Shown piece by piece: positions 1 through 11,975 of a stretch of DNA of 64,000 bases. The stretch's first letter is position 1. Each line of letters begins with the position of its first letter. The notes beneath the pieces were generated by a model, which was not told the origin of the DNA, made no database searches, and worked only from the letters and a program-made list of their open reading frames with translations. Both the position numbers and the translations under genes were made by a program. This DNA comes from Hemiscyllium ocellatum (lineage: Eukaryota): assembly GCF_020745735.1 (NCBI RefSeq), contig NC_083427.1, forward strand, positions 3,813,438 through 3,877,437. Direction: 5' to 3'.

Positions 1-560
1 GCATGCTCCAGCCCACAATGAGGACCGGATGATTGACGGCGGGTTGCGACCAATAGGAGGAGGGTGGCCAGTGCTGGAGGACGGAGCGAATGCAGCTGGT
101 CCTCCAACCAATCGGAGCGAAGCGGGCGGGGCTACACCGGCCCTTGCGTCACCATCCCACCCCTCCGAAGGAGTCTCTGCGCAGGCGCCGCGTCGCCGCA
201 ACTGAAAGATGGCCGGGTTGGCGCGAGCTGCGGGCGTTGGCGAATGGATAGTGGCCGCAGGCGAGAAATAAAGCCAGTGTGAGCTAAGAGGTTTCATCGG
301 CGATCGGTGTCAGCCGTCAGACCTGGATGAGAAATCCCCCGGGCCCGCGTTTGCAGCTAACGGCAAAAAGGCCGCGGGCCTCAGGCGGTAACAGGTCTGG
401 GTTACCATCGCCATCTTTCTTGGGGGCGGTGTTTAGTGAGACGTGTGCGCGGCCGCCATATTTATAGGGGGCAAAGCTCTGGAGGGCGCATGCGTTAACC
501 TTCCTTTGTTGTGGGTCTGGATGGGGACTTGCACGTAGAAAACTCAAACCTTGAGAAAAG
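1..560 (+). promoter_or_regulatory. CpG-island promoter/first exon of ZNF gene A (promoter family copy P1)
   Basis: CpG-rich. CCAAT at 50 and 108, GC box ~124-131, GGAGGACG-N14-GGTCCTCC at 76-105, paired CGCCAT(C/A)TTT YY1-type motifs at 409 and 455, NRF1-like GCGCATGCG at 486. Homologous to P2-P6. Confidence 0.75.
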
Positions 561-1894
561 TTTGTCGCCTCTGGATTTCTGTCGTAAACTTACTGAGATG
601 GTTGAAGAATATGTTTACTGAGGAAGGAAGTTTGGAGCTGGTTGAATGCTGAGCCAAAGGAGTGGCTTCAGGCTGGTTAAGAGCTGCTGTTATACTCCAT
701 ATGTTTAGTGGAGAGCAAGTTCTTCCAACTTGTTGGGAGCTTTTTTTATTAGCTGTTGCAGCCTTGCAGGTTGGGACTGCCAGTTGGGGGTTGGCTCCAC
801 TGCAGCCCTGCTTCAAGGATTATGATCCTTCAGACCGGATTCTCGCAGTAACAGGCTTGTCCAATGTTCTTAAACCTGGGAAGATAACACCTAACCAGTG
901 CTCTGTTTCCCCCTCTGCCCTCCCTTAACAGCTCTCTGTCACTGTCTACTTTCTTCCAACTCAAATTTAGGGATATGTTTTAGCTCTGTTTTGTATTTTG
1001 CTGTTACTTTCTCAGACCTTGTCTAAATGAGATTTGTACTGCTGCTCATCCCTGATCATGTGCTGCTGACTCGCTAGCTTTATGCTCCCTCAATGTGTTT
1101 CAGAGTCGATCCTTTTTTCCAGCGTAGGAGTCCATTTCCCTTCTGTTTCTGAGAATTAAGTTCAGTGCTGTTTTATTTCCTGTTTTCCCCTTGTTTTAAC
1201 TCCATTTTTTTCTCTCTCTGTCAGACACCTGCAAGCATTGCCAGTACCAAGTTGCTTGTAATAATGATGATGATGTTTGACCTTCTTGAACCATTGCAGT
1301 CGTGTGGCGGAGGTGCTCCCACAGTGTTGTTTGTTTGGTAAGTTGTTACAGAATATTTATCCAGTGATGGTGAAGGGTTAATGATATATGTCCAAATCAA
1401 CAATCACTTGTGTTTCAAATTTAATAGCATGTTCCAAGGGATTTCACAGAAATGTGATAGAGGGATATTTGATACTGAATTACTGCAGTAATATTAGGCC
1501 AAGTGACCAAAATCTTTGCCAGGTGATTAGGTTTTAAGGAGAATCTTGATGGAGGAAGGAGAAGCTGGGAGGTTTTGGGTGGGAATTCCAGAAGAAATGG
1601 CCACCAGTAGTGAAGCGAATCGTAAACACACTGTTGGAGGCTGAAACTAAATGAGAAGCAGAGATCTCGAAGTTTGAGTGGCACGAGGAGAGTGCAAAGA
1701 TGGGGCTGGTCGCAGCCATCAAAGAAATTGAGAATGAGAATTCTAAAATGTTTCTGCTTTCAATTGGGAGCCTTCAAGGTCAGTGAGCATGGGAATGCTA
1801 GGTGAACGAGGCCTGGTGTAAGTAAGCACACAGACAGCAGAGTTTCGGCTGACTGGGTGCCCTTAGGACAAAAGGGCATGGCCTCAAGATTAGA

Positions 1895-2095
1895 GGGTTC
1901 AGGTTTGGATGTAGGCTTGCTCACCGAGCTGAAAGTTTAATTTCCAGACATTTTGTTACCCTACTAGGTAACCTCTTCAGTGGGCCTCAGGCGAAGCATT
2001 GCTGAAACGTTTTGCTTTCTATTTCTATGTTTGAGTTTCTTTGGGTTGGTGATGTTATTTCCTGTGGTGAAGTCACTTCCTGTTCCTTTTCTCAG
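1895..2095 (-). mobile_element. Penelope-like element terminal fragment with decayed hammerhead motif (1944-1983)
   Basis: Minus strand reads CCA-CTGAAGA-GGTTACC-TAGTA-GGGTAAC-AAAATGTC-TGG, similar to the 13620-13900 element. Confidence 0.5.
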
Positions 2096-2099
2096 AGAT

Positions 2100-2370
2100 T
2101 CGATTAGATTACATTACATTACATTACAGTGTGGAAACAGGCCCTTCGGCCCAACAAGTCCACACCGACCCGCCGAAGCGCAACCCACCCATACATTTAC
2201 CCCTACCTAACACTACGGGCAATTTAGCATGGCCAATTCACCCAGAGAAAACCCACACAGACACGGGGAGAATGTGCAAACTCTACACAGACAGTCACCC
2301 GAGGCTGGAATCGAACCTGGGACCTTGGTGCTGTGAGGCAGCAGTGCTAACCACTGAGCCACCGTGCCAC
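2100..2370 (-). mobile_element. HE1-like tRNA-derived V-SINE (internally deleted)
   Basis: Head GGTGGCTCAGTGGTTAGCACTGCTGCCTCACAGC with B box GGTTCGATTCC; 3' GGGCCTGTTTCCACACTGTA and (TAATG/TAATC)n tail. Confidence 0.85.
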
Positions 2371-2748
2371 CCATTTGTTCACATATAAATATCCCTTTCC
2401 ATCATTATCTGCCTCACCCACCACTGCCTGCCTCTCTCTCTACTCAACTCAAGGCCAGAGTGTTGTGCAGGTCTGGTCTGAATGGCAAATTCCCTCTCCT
2501 GATGGATATTACTGAACCACTGGGGGGGGGGGGTTTTCTCCCACCTTTTCCTGGCCTCTCATGTTTCCAGATTAATTCAGCTCAATTTCACAACCGATCT
2601 GTGTTTTTGAGGGTTTTCTCTCACTCCCTTTTCTTTTCCTGTTTTTAAACATTTCACAGAATATTAGGAGGGGAGGACGTGCAGTTGGGAAACCCAAGTC
2701 GAACACCACATCCGAGTGTGCGATTTATCGAGGCCCGAGATTTTGACC

Positions 2749-3618
2749 ATGGAAGGAGAAAGCACTGTACAGAGTGGGGAGAGACCATACACGTGTTCCG
2801 TGTGTGGGCAAGGCTTCAGCCGAGCATCTGGCTTGTCAGAACACAAATGGAGTCACAACGGAGGAAAGCCGTGGAAATGTGAGGACTGTGGGAAGGGATT
2901 CATTTCCCCGTCGAAGCTGGAAGCTCATCGGCGCACTCACACCGGGGAGAGGCCGTTCCCCTGCTCCGTCTGTGACAAGAGATTCGCCCTGCCCGCTGAC
3001 TTGCTGAGACACCAACGTGTTCACACCGACGAAAGACCTTTCCAGTGCCCGGACTGCACCAAGTGCTACAAAAGCTCCGGGGAGCTGATGCGCCACCAAC
3101 GCGTTCACACGGACGAGAGACCGTTCCGGTGCTCTCTGTGCGGCTCCGGGTTCCGGACCTCTCCGGACCTCACTGTCCACCAGCGCGTCCACACCGGGGA
3201 GAGGCCGTTCACGTGCTCCCTGTGCGGGAAGGGATTCACTCAGTCCTCCAGCCTGATGACACACTACCGCGTTCACACTGGGGAAAAGCCGTTCATCTGC
3301 TCCATGTGCGGGAAGGGCTTCACCTCCTCGTTCAACCTGCTGACGCACCAGCGGGTTCACACCGAGGAGTCCCCGTTCAGGTGCTCCCCCTGCGGGATTC
3401 GCTTCAAGCACTCCTCCCAACTCGCTGCACACCAGAGACTTCACAGCGGGGAGAGGCCGTTCACCTGCTCCAAGTGCGGGAAGGGGTTCACTCAGTCGTA
3501 CAACCTGCTGATCCACCAGCGGGTTCACACCGGGGAGAGGCCGTTCACCTGCGCCAAGTGTGGCAAGGGGTTCACGTGTTCGTCCCACCTGCTGAGGCAC
3601 CAGCGGGTTCACAAGTGA
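2749..3618 (+). CDS. C2H2 zinc-finger protein A (10 fingers, no KRAB/SCAN/BTB)
   Basis: ORF with 10 CxxC-x12-HxxxH fingers and HTGERPF linkers. ATG at 2749 in good context (accATGg). Pyrimidine tract plus AG acceptor at ~2659. Confidence 0.92.
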   Translation: MEGESTVQSGERPYTCSVCGQGFSRASGLSEHKWSHNGGKPWKCEDCGKGFISPSKLEAHRRTHTGERPFPCSVCDKRFALPADLLRHQRVHTDERPFQCPDCTKCYKSSGELMRHQRVHTDERPFRCSLCGSGFRTSPDLTVHQRVHTGERPFTCSLCGKGFTQSSSLMTHYRVHTGEKPFICSMCGKGFTSSFNLLTHQRVHTEESPFRCSPCGIRFKHSSQLAAHQRLHSGERPFTCSKCGKGFTQSYNLLIHQRVHTGERPFTCAKCGKGFTCSSHLLRHQRVHK

Positions 3619-3780
3619 TGTGGATGTTGCTAAATCGCACACTTAGAGGGGACGTAAGAGTATTGGATACGTCTTTCAAGTTAATAACACACTGGCGCCA
3701 GGTAGGATGTGCCTGAGAACACTGATGGAAGTGAGAGTGGAAGGTGTGGCCATAAATTTTCAACCTTCCTTCCATGGTGT

Positions 3781-4098
3781 TTAGATTAGATTAGATTACT
3801 TACAGTGTGGAAACAGGCCCTTCGGCCCAACAAGTCCACGCCGACCCGCCGAAGCGCAACCCGCCCATACCCCCACATTTACCCCTTACCTAACACTACG
3901 GGCAATTTAGCACGGCCAATTCACCTGACCCGCACATCTTTGGACTGTGGGAGGAAACCGGAGCACCCGGAGGAAACCCACGCAGACACTGGGAGAACGT
4001 GCAAACTCCACACAGTCTGTCGCCTGAGTCGGGAATTGAACCCGGGTCTCAGGAGCTGTGAGGCAGCAGTGCTAACCACTGTGCCACCGTGCCGCCCG
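3781..4098 (-). mobile_element. HE1-like V-SINE, near full length
   Basis: Complete tRNA head, V-domain TGTGTGGAGTTTGCACGTTCTCCC, (TCTAA)n tail. Confidence 0.9.
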
Positions 4099-4852
4099 TG
4101 TTGCACCAAGGGACTGGAGCACTGCAGAAGTCATGCCTTAGAGTGCAGCAAGCACAGGCCAAACAGCCTAACCTCGTCAAAACAATAATTTGGGACAAAG
4201 GTAATAGTGGCATTGGGAATTGTTAAGGGAGGATTAACACCAATTCATTGTGAGAAAATTGTGTTCAACTCACTTGCTGGAATCTTTTGATGAGGTGTGT
4301 TGAAGAGGGTAGTGCTTTTACTGTGGTCTACCTGAGCTTCCAAAAGGCATTTATTGATAGTGCCACCCAATAGACTTCTGAACAAAATTGGAGCTGGCTG
4401 ATTGAAAGGGGCAGTGACAAGGGGAGTGCAGAATTGATTGGACATAGGAGCAGGAGGAGTCCATTCGGTCCTTCCAGCCTGCTCCACCATTCATCACAAT
4501 CGTGGCTGATCGTCCAACTTAATCCTACTTCCTCCCCATAACCTTTGATCCCAGTCAGCCCAAGTGCTATAGCTAGCCGTCTCTTGAATACCTTCAATAT
4601 TTTGGCATCAACTACTTTCTATGGGAATGCATTCCACAGGTGAAGAAATGTCTCCTCATCTCAGTCCTAACTGGTCGATCCCGAATCCTGATGAAGAGCT
4701 TCTGCTCATAAAGTTGACTCTGTGCTCGAAGGCATTTGAAATGCTGCCTGACCTGCTGTGCTTTTCCATCTACCCTGTCTGGGCCTGTTAGAAGTTTATG
4801 TCTGTGTGATATCCTTCCCCTTCATTCACCCGAGTGAAAATGGTCCTCAGCT

Positions 4853-5200
4853 AGCACGGTGGCTCAGTGGTTAGCACCGCTGCCTCACGGTGTCAGGGAC
4901 CTGGGTTCAATTCCAGCCTCAGGTGACTGTGTGAAGTTTGCACATTCTCTTTGTGTCTGTGTGAGTTTCCTCCGGGTGCTCTGGTTTCCTCCCGCAGTCC
5001 AAAGATGTGCAGGTTAGGGTGAATTGGCCGTGTTAAATTGCCTGTAGTGTTCAGGGATATGTAGGTTAGGTGCATTAGTCAAGGGTAAACATAGGATAAG
5101 GGGCTTGGGTCTGGGTGGGTTACTCTTCAGGGGGTCGGTGTGGACTCATTGGGATGAAGGGCCTATTTTTACAATGTAGGGAATCTTAAAAATCTAAATC
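4853..5200 (+). mobile_element. HE1-like V-SINE
   Basis: Same family sequence on the plus strand. Confidence 0.85.
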
Positions 5201-5209
5201 TCTCATCTG

Positions 5210-8200
5210 TTGGATATTTTTTGGGGTGGGGGGGAAAGGGTTGACCTTTCAGGGGAAAGTGGCAGTAACCAGGTCAGTGGCACTATGACTGGGGCACCAT
5301 GGGAATGGGTAAAAGTTAACAGGACCTTAGTGATAGGAGACTGGATAGTCGGGGGGAAAAGACAGGAGGTTCTGTGTCCGCACACAGGGATCCAGGATGG
5401 TGTGTTGCCTCCCAGGTACCAGGGTCTAGGATGTCTTGGAGTGGCTGTGTAATATTCTCAAGGGGGAAGAGTGAGCAGCCAGAAGTCATTGTGCACGTTG
5501 GAACAAATGACACAGGTAGGAATAGGGATGAGGTCCTGCAGAGAGATTATAGCCAGCTAGGGGGCGGGGGGGGGGGGGGGGGGGGGATGTTAAAGACCAG
5601 GATCTCGGCAGTGGTAATCTCCGGATTACTTCCAGTGCCACGTACCAGTGAGTGCAAGAACAGGAGGATGTGGCGGATGAATGCGTGGCTAAAGAATGGG
5701 GGCAGGGATTCAGATTTTTAGACCATTGCAATCTTCTCTGAGGCAGAGGTGACCTGTTCAAAAGGGGATGGGTTATGGCTGAACTGGAGGGGGACTGATA
5801 TCTTGGCGGCCAGGTTGGCTACTGCTGCAACGGAGGGTTTGAACTAGATTGAGGGTGGGGGGGGAGATCCTCAACAGCAGGGAGGCAAATGCAAGGCTGG
5901 AAGGAGATACAGTAATCGGAAATTGTCAAGTGAAGAGACAAGTCAGGCTAGAACACGACAGGGAGCGAGGAATGCCTGTTGGGTTAAATTGCATTTATTT
6001 CAATGCAAGAAAGCTGACAGGTAAGGTCGATGAACTCCGGGCGTGGATAGGTACGTGGGACTGGGATATTATAGCCATTACAGAAACATGGCTCAGGGAG
6101 GGACAGGACTGGCAGCTTGATGTCAAAGTACAGGTGCTTTAGGTAGTACAGAGATGGTGGAAGGAGGGCAGGGGGAGTTGCATTTTTGATTAAGGCGAGT
6201 ATCACAGCAGAGATCAGAGATGGAATAACTGAAGGATCACCCAGTGACGCTTTGTGGGTGGACCTAAGAAACAAGGGGAAAGTGACGTTATTGGGGTTGT
6301 ACTACAGGCCCCCAAATAGTCAACAGGAACAAATATGCAGGGAGACTCGCAGGAGCAATAGGGTGTCATAGTGGGTGGTTTTAACTTTCCTCACACAGAG
6401 TGGGACTGTCAGAGCATTAACGGCTTAGATGGGGTGGAATTTGTTAGGGACCTTTCCTCCAGCAGTATACAGAGGGTTCCTAGCCGGGAAGGGGCAAAAC
6501 CCGACCTACTCTTGGGAAATGCAGCAGGACAGGTGGGGGGAGGTGACGATGGGCGAGCACTGTGGGACCAGTGATTTGTAAATAGTTATGGACAGGGACA
6601 AAACAGGTCCACGCGGTCACGTTCTATACTGGGGCAAGGTGAACGTTGATGGAATTAGACAGGAGCCTGCAGGGGTTGATTGGAGGAGTTTGTTTGCAGG
6701 CAAGTGGGAGGCCTTTAAAAGTGAGTCTGAGGTCTATATGTTCTTGTGGGGATGAAAGGCAAGGAATCGGGAACCCTGGATGACAGGAGATATTGAGGCT
6801 TTGGCCAAGAACAAAGGAGACTTGGCTCAGGTACAGGCGGCTGGGATCAGGGGATACCCTGGGATATAAGGGATACAGGAGTTCACTGAAGAAGGAAATC
6901 AGGGGGGCGAAAGGGGGAAGATTAGGGTGAATCCAAAACAGTTCTTTAAGTATATTAAAGGAAAAAGAATAGGGAGAGAATAGGACCTCCTCAAGGACCA
7001 AAGTAAACATATATGTGTAGAACTGCAGGAGATGGGTGAAGTCCTCAATTAATATTTCTTCTGTGTTTACCGTGGAGAAAGACATGAAGACTTGGGGACT
7101 TGGGGAAGTTAGTGGTGATATCTTGGGGACAGTCAATATCTCGGTAGAGGTGGTGTTGGATGTATTAGAATGCCTGAAGGTGGATAAATGTTCTGGTCCT
7201 GACCAGATATATTCAAGAACATTGCAAGGGGCTTGAGAAGTCATTGCAGGGGATCTGGCTGATACTTTTGCATCGTCGTGACCCACACGTGAGGTCCCAG
7301 AAGTCTGGAGGGTAGTGAATGTCGTACCATTATTCAAGAACCAGAGAATTATAGACCAGTAAGCTTAACATCTGCGGTGTGTATGTTACTTGAGAAGATT
7401 TTGAGAAAGAAGATAAACACGCATTTGGAAAGACAGGGTTTGATTAGAAATAGTCAGCGTGGCTTTGTGCGTGGGTGATGATGCCTTACAAGTTTGTTAG
7501 AGTTCTTTGAACTGACCAGGAAGGATGGTGAGGGCAGTGCGGTAGATGTAGTCAATGTGAATTTCAGTAAGGCCTTTTGGTAAGGTTCCACATGGTAGGC
7601 TGCTCTGGAAGGTTCGATCACACGGAATCCAGGACGAGTTGGTAAATTGGATGCGCAGTTGGCTTGATGGTAGTAAGCATAGAGTAATAATGGAAGGAAG
7701 TTTGTTTAACTTGAGGGGTGTCTCAGGGGTCGGTTCTGGGCCCATTGCTGCTTGTCATCTACAGAGGAACCTATTTCGTTCGGGTAATTGAGTTATTCGG
7801 CTAATGGATTTCCTCTGGGGCTCAGTTTTCTGTGAACTCTGCTCCCCGTTCAGGACACTCGGCAAAAGCACACTGCACATGCTCCCCTGGCGCCCACACC
7901 AACCCTGCTCTCTTCCTCTCCCCGCCCCCAAAACTCTGTCTGCTCCGACCCCTCCCCACCCCCAACCCCATCCACGCCTGACCGGCCACAACCCCGCAGC
8001 CCTGACCACCACCCATCCGCCTGCCCCCAACCCCAACTGCTCCCACCCTGTCGCTCCCATCCCGTCCTGTGCCCCGCCCAGCCCCAACCTCGCACCCCCC
8101 CCACCCCACCCCCACACTTTTTGACAGGTTCCACCTTTGTCATGTATAAGGCAATGTCAAAGAGATTATCTGGGGAAGGGGGGGTTTAAGGTTCACCTCT

Positions 8201-8690
8201 GTATGGAACTCCAGGGAAAGTGTAAGGGGGGGGGGGGGGGAGAGGACAGAGAGAGGGGGCAGGAGGTAAGTCATTTAGAGACGGTGCCTGGACTGTCCCG
8301 GACTGTTCTTGGCAGCGTTTCAGTGAGCCGAGTTCATGTTTAATCATTGTCCCTGCAAGCAAACAGACATGATCAGGGCTGAAACAGCTCTTTGGCATAA
8401 TGTTTCTATTAGCACCTTGAGATCCCCTTTGGATAATCTGATCTTCGGATAATCGAGTTTCCTCTGTATGTCAATGGTTTGCATAAGAATGTACAAGGCA
8501 TGATTCGTAAGTTTGATGACACTAAAATAGGCTGTGTCGTGGACAGTGAGGAAGGTTGTCAGAAATTGCAGCAGGACCTTGATCAGCCGGGGAAGTAGGC
8601 CGAGAAATGGCAAATAGAGTTTAACACAGATAAATGTGAGGAAAGTCAAATCAAGGTAGGAGTTTTATTGAGAATGGTAGGGCCTTAACA
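5210..8690 (+). mobile_element. Decayed CR1-clade LINE: ORF1 esterase region, ORF2 endonuclease and RT; interrupted by a MITE
   Basis: Fragments read LVIGDWIV / VIVHVGTND (SGNH esterase-like ORF1), IAITETWL, YYRPPNS, GGFNFP (APE), YRPVSLTS and KF-DDTK (RT). Many stops and frameshifts. Confidence 0.85.
7762..8466. mobile_element. Tc1/mariner-pogo (Tigger-like) MITE inserted in CR1
   Basis: Termini TA|CAGAGGAAC...GTTTCCTCTG|TA, TA duplication, subterminal TTCGGATAAT repeats. CR1 sequence resumes on both sides. Confidence 0.7.
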
Positions 8691-10001
8691 AGTCACCTAC
8701 AGCAAGGAGACCAAAACTGAATACACTCCTCCAAGTGTGGCCAACATAACTTCCCAGCTTCTGGACTCAGTTCCCTGACTGATGAAGGCCAGTGTGCCAA
8801 AAGCCTTCTTCACTGCCCTGTCTACCTGGGACTCTACTTTCAGACAACGAAGTCACCGCTATCCTGTCAGATGATGGCTCCACTTAACCACTGAGATGGG
8901 CCTTTTAAACAGTTCATTTGCATTGGACGCATTCATCCCAATGTTAACCATTCACCCAACCCCCTGCTGAGGAGGCTGCGTCACACAACTGTGGAACTGG
9001 TTTGATTTTTAATTAAGTATGTGTCAGCTCTGGGGCCCAGGTTGCTTCACACTGTGTCCACTGACGATATCAAAAGCTGGGCTATAAAAATGAAGGCCCC
9101 AGCCTGTTTAAAGCAGTCTTAACTTGCAGAGAACGTGAATGCAAGTTCATCGATTTTCTTTCATCGAGACAGCAAAGTAGAAATTACATTCCAGCAATAT
9201 TCTTCAGATGGTCTGTGAAGGAATTTTAAGGAGAAGAAACTATCTCAGACGTGTGGACTTCCAGCTAAACAATTATTCACCTTGCAAAGAAATTCCGAGA
9301 ACTCCAGCCTTGAACTTTTGGACTCTTCCTTCAAAGCAAAAACTTTGATAAACTGGTATCCGTCGGCTGTTTTTGTACTTCGGTTGTTGCTAATCGGATG
9401 AGCTATTTACGCTTTACTGATTTATCAGAGGGTGTTGGGAAAGACGCCACTGTTATTTGAATGGGCAAAGACATTAAATCACAGTCTGCTTATTGTCAGA
9501 TGGCGAGAGCATTGGGGAAGAGGTTCATCTTAAAACTTGCAATCCATTCATAAATTCTGGGAGAACAACTTCCAGGAGTCAGTTCAGGTTTGAAGTCCAC
9601 TCGGTTTGACCCTACCACATTCTTAGCCAAGCTGTTCCAGCGCAGACATTTTCCTGACAATGTGGATAGTGTGAGACTTTTTATGATTATGTGCAATTGA
9701 GTGGCCGGCTAAGCCATTTTTGGAGTGAACTCCATTTCTGTGGGGGTTGGGTCCCTGGGAGGCCAGGCTGGGTTGGCAGATTTCCTTCTCGAAAGAACAT
9801 CCATGAACCAACAACTTACACTCATTTCCTGGTTATCAGTAATTCCAGATTTTTCTGTTTTGCATTCCAATTCCTCCATCTGCTGTGCTGCGATTCCATT
9901 CTGGGTCCCTAGAGAGGTAGCCAACGACTTTGAAGTGCTGGTTCAGTAACAATCCCATTACGCCATCGCCTTCCACCAGCTATGTCCTGTCTTGACAAAA
10001 A

Positions 10002-10140
10002 AAGACAAAAAAAAATTTGCAGATGCTGGATTCCAAAATCGACAGGCAGGAGGCTGGAAGAACACCGTCCTGTAGCAGGGCTATACCCGAAACCTCCTGA
10101 TGCTGCCTGGCTTGCTGTGTTCCTCCAGCCTCCTGCCTGT
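10002..10140. mobile_element. Short Penelope-derived fold-back element with TSD
   Basis: Inverted arms GACAGGCAGGAGGCTGGAAGAACAC / GTGTTCCTCCAGCCTCCTGCCTGTC. Flanking direct repeat CTGTC(T/C)TGACAAAAA at 9987 and 10141. Confidence 0.6.
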
Positions 10141-10472
10141 CTGTCCTGACAAAAAGCAGGACAAATCTCACCCAGTCAGTTACTACCTCCATTCTTCTTG
10201 TGCCAGTCATCAGCAAAACTGATGGAAAGTATTGTTAAAAGTTCCATCAAACAGCACTAACACGGCAGTAACCTGCTCATTTTGTGTTCTGCCAGGGCCA
10301 CTCCAACCCTGAGCTCACAGTAACCTTGGTGAAAGTACCAAACTTGAGGTGAGGGTTACTGCCCTTGACAGTAAAGCCACGTTTGATGAAATGTGGCATC
10401 AAGGAGCGAATCTGGGGTTCGAGCTATCCCTATCACAAAGGAAGGTGGCTGTAGATTTTCAAGAACAATCTA

Positions 10473-10765
10473 CTAGATACCCTACAGTGTGGAAACAGGC
10501 CCTTCGGCCCAACACCAACCCTGCAGAGAGTAACCTACCCAGACTCCTTTCCCTACATTTACCCCTGACTAATGCACCTAACACTATGGGGCAATCTAAC
10601 TTGGCCAATTCACCTAACCTGCACATCTCTGGACTGAGAGGGGAAACCCATGCAGACATGGGGCAAATGTGCAAACTACACCCAGACAGTGGCCCAAGGC
10701 TGGAATTGAACCCGGGTCCCTGGCGCTGTGAGGCATCAGTGCTAACCACTGAGCCACCATGCGGT
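10473..10765 (-). mobile_element. HE1-like V-SINE
   Basis: Family head, V-domain and 3' end recognisable. Confidence 0.85.
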
Positions 10766-11104
10766 CCATCTTTCCAGGGGTTCCTCAGGGATGCTTCCTC
10801 ATCCCAACCACCTTCAGATAATCAGCAATGATCTTCCCTCTAGCGTAAGGTCAGATGTTTAGGGATGATTGCACAATGTTCAGCAACATTCATGACATCT
10901 CAAATACCGAACTAGTCTGTGTCCATGTGGAGCAAGCCGAGGACTAGATTCCATTTTGGACTGACGACTGGAAAGTGATGTTAACGTGTCAGGAAATGAC
11001 ACTTTCCTTGGCATTTAAGGTGAGTAACTCACCTTCCCTCTCCCCACACCTGTCTGCCATCTACTGGTTGAAAGTTTTCCAGCTACCTGGCAGATAACAG
11101 CACC

Positions 11105-11322
11105 AGGAGAAAGTGTAGATGTTAGAGATCCGAGTCAAGAGTGTAGTGCTAAAAAAGCACAGCAGGTTAGGCAGCATCCAAGGAACAGGAGAATTGACGT
11201 TTCGGGCATAAGCCCTTCATCAGGAATCGTTCTTGGTAAAGGGCTTATGCCCGAAATGTCAATTCTCCTGCTCCTCTGATGCTATCTGACCTGCTGCGCT
11301 TTTCCAGCACCACTCTCTCCAC
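11105..11322. mobile_element. Fold-back element (family 1) with central hammerhead motifs
   Basis: About 90-bp inverted arms centred at ~11228. Confidence 0.75.
11192..11227 (-). ncRNA. Minimal type I hammerhead ribozyme motif (intact core)
   Basis: Minus strand ATTC-CTGATGA-A-GGGC-TTAT-GCCC-GAAA-C-GTC-AATT: CUGANGA, stem II, GAAA, palindromic ACGT stem III, GUC site. Stem I is weak. Confidence 0.6.
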
Positions 11323-11672
11323 TGTGAACAGCATGAACCTCATTCAACATTGTTACCTCAATCCAGGCTAAAAGAGAATTTGATTGATGCTCGAATCTGG
11401 GAACTTTAGTCTAAGCGTTCGAAAGGGATTGAGGCTGTTATTTGAAAAGGGTCGTTGGGCAAGGTGACGGGGAGAAGGCAGGATATTGGCACTCAGTGAC
11501 ACTCGGAGCTGGAGCAGACATAATTACATTTGCCACTTTTCATATTCATTTCATGACCGACACGTAGAGGTTACAACTTGTACCATCCACAAGAGGGAAC
11601 TCACCTCTTTCGGCTGCACCTTCAAACCCTGTGACCGTTACCATCTAGAAGGGCAACAGATTGATCAGGATG

Positions 11673-11975
11673 GTGTCTCAGTGGCTAGCACTGCTGCCTC
11701 TCGGCGTCAGGGACCTGGGTTCGATGCCAGACTCGGGCGACAGTCTGTGTGGAGTTTGCACATTCTCCCCACGTCTGCGTGGGTTTCCTCCCACAATCCA
11801 AAGATGCGCAGGTTCAGTGAACTAGCCATGCTAAGTTGCCCATGGGTGTGTCACAGGGATGTATAAGATTAAGTGTATTAGTCAGGGTGAAATATGAATC
11901 TGGATGGGTTACTCTTCAGAGGGCTGGTGTGGACTTGTTGGGCTGAAGGGCCTGTTTCCACACTGCAGGGATTCT
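11673..11975 (+). mobile_element. HE1-like V-SINE
   Basis: Family sequence. Confidence 0.8.

Noticed and set aside
2836-3716. Antisense (268 aa) and alternative-frame (223 aa) ORFs over gene A; similar ones over C and F
   Set aside because: These are typical shadows of GC-rich periodic zinc-finger codons, with no independent support.
5560-5587. Long poly-G/poly-C runs (also ~8226, 12578, 17406, 41326)
   Set aside because: Simple homopolymers inside old repeats, with unreliable length in assemblies and no evidence of function.
6624-7337. 237-aa minus-strand ORF
   Set aside because: It is antisense to CR1 ORF2 and has no recognisable domain.
5210-8690. Possible active or domesticated LINE
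   Set aside because: Numerous stops, frameshifts, deletions and a MITE insertion.
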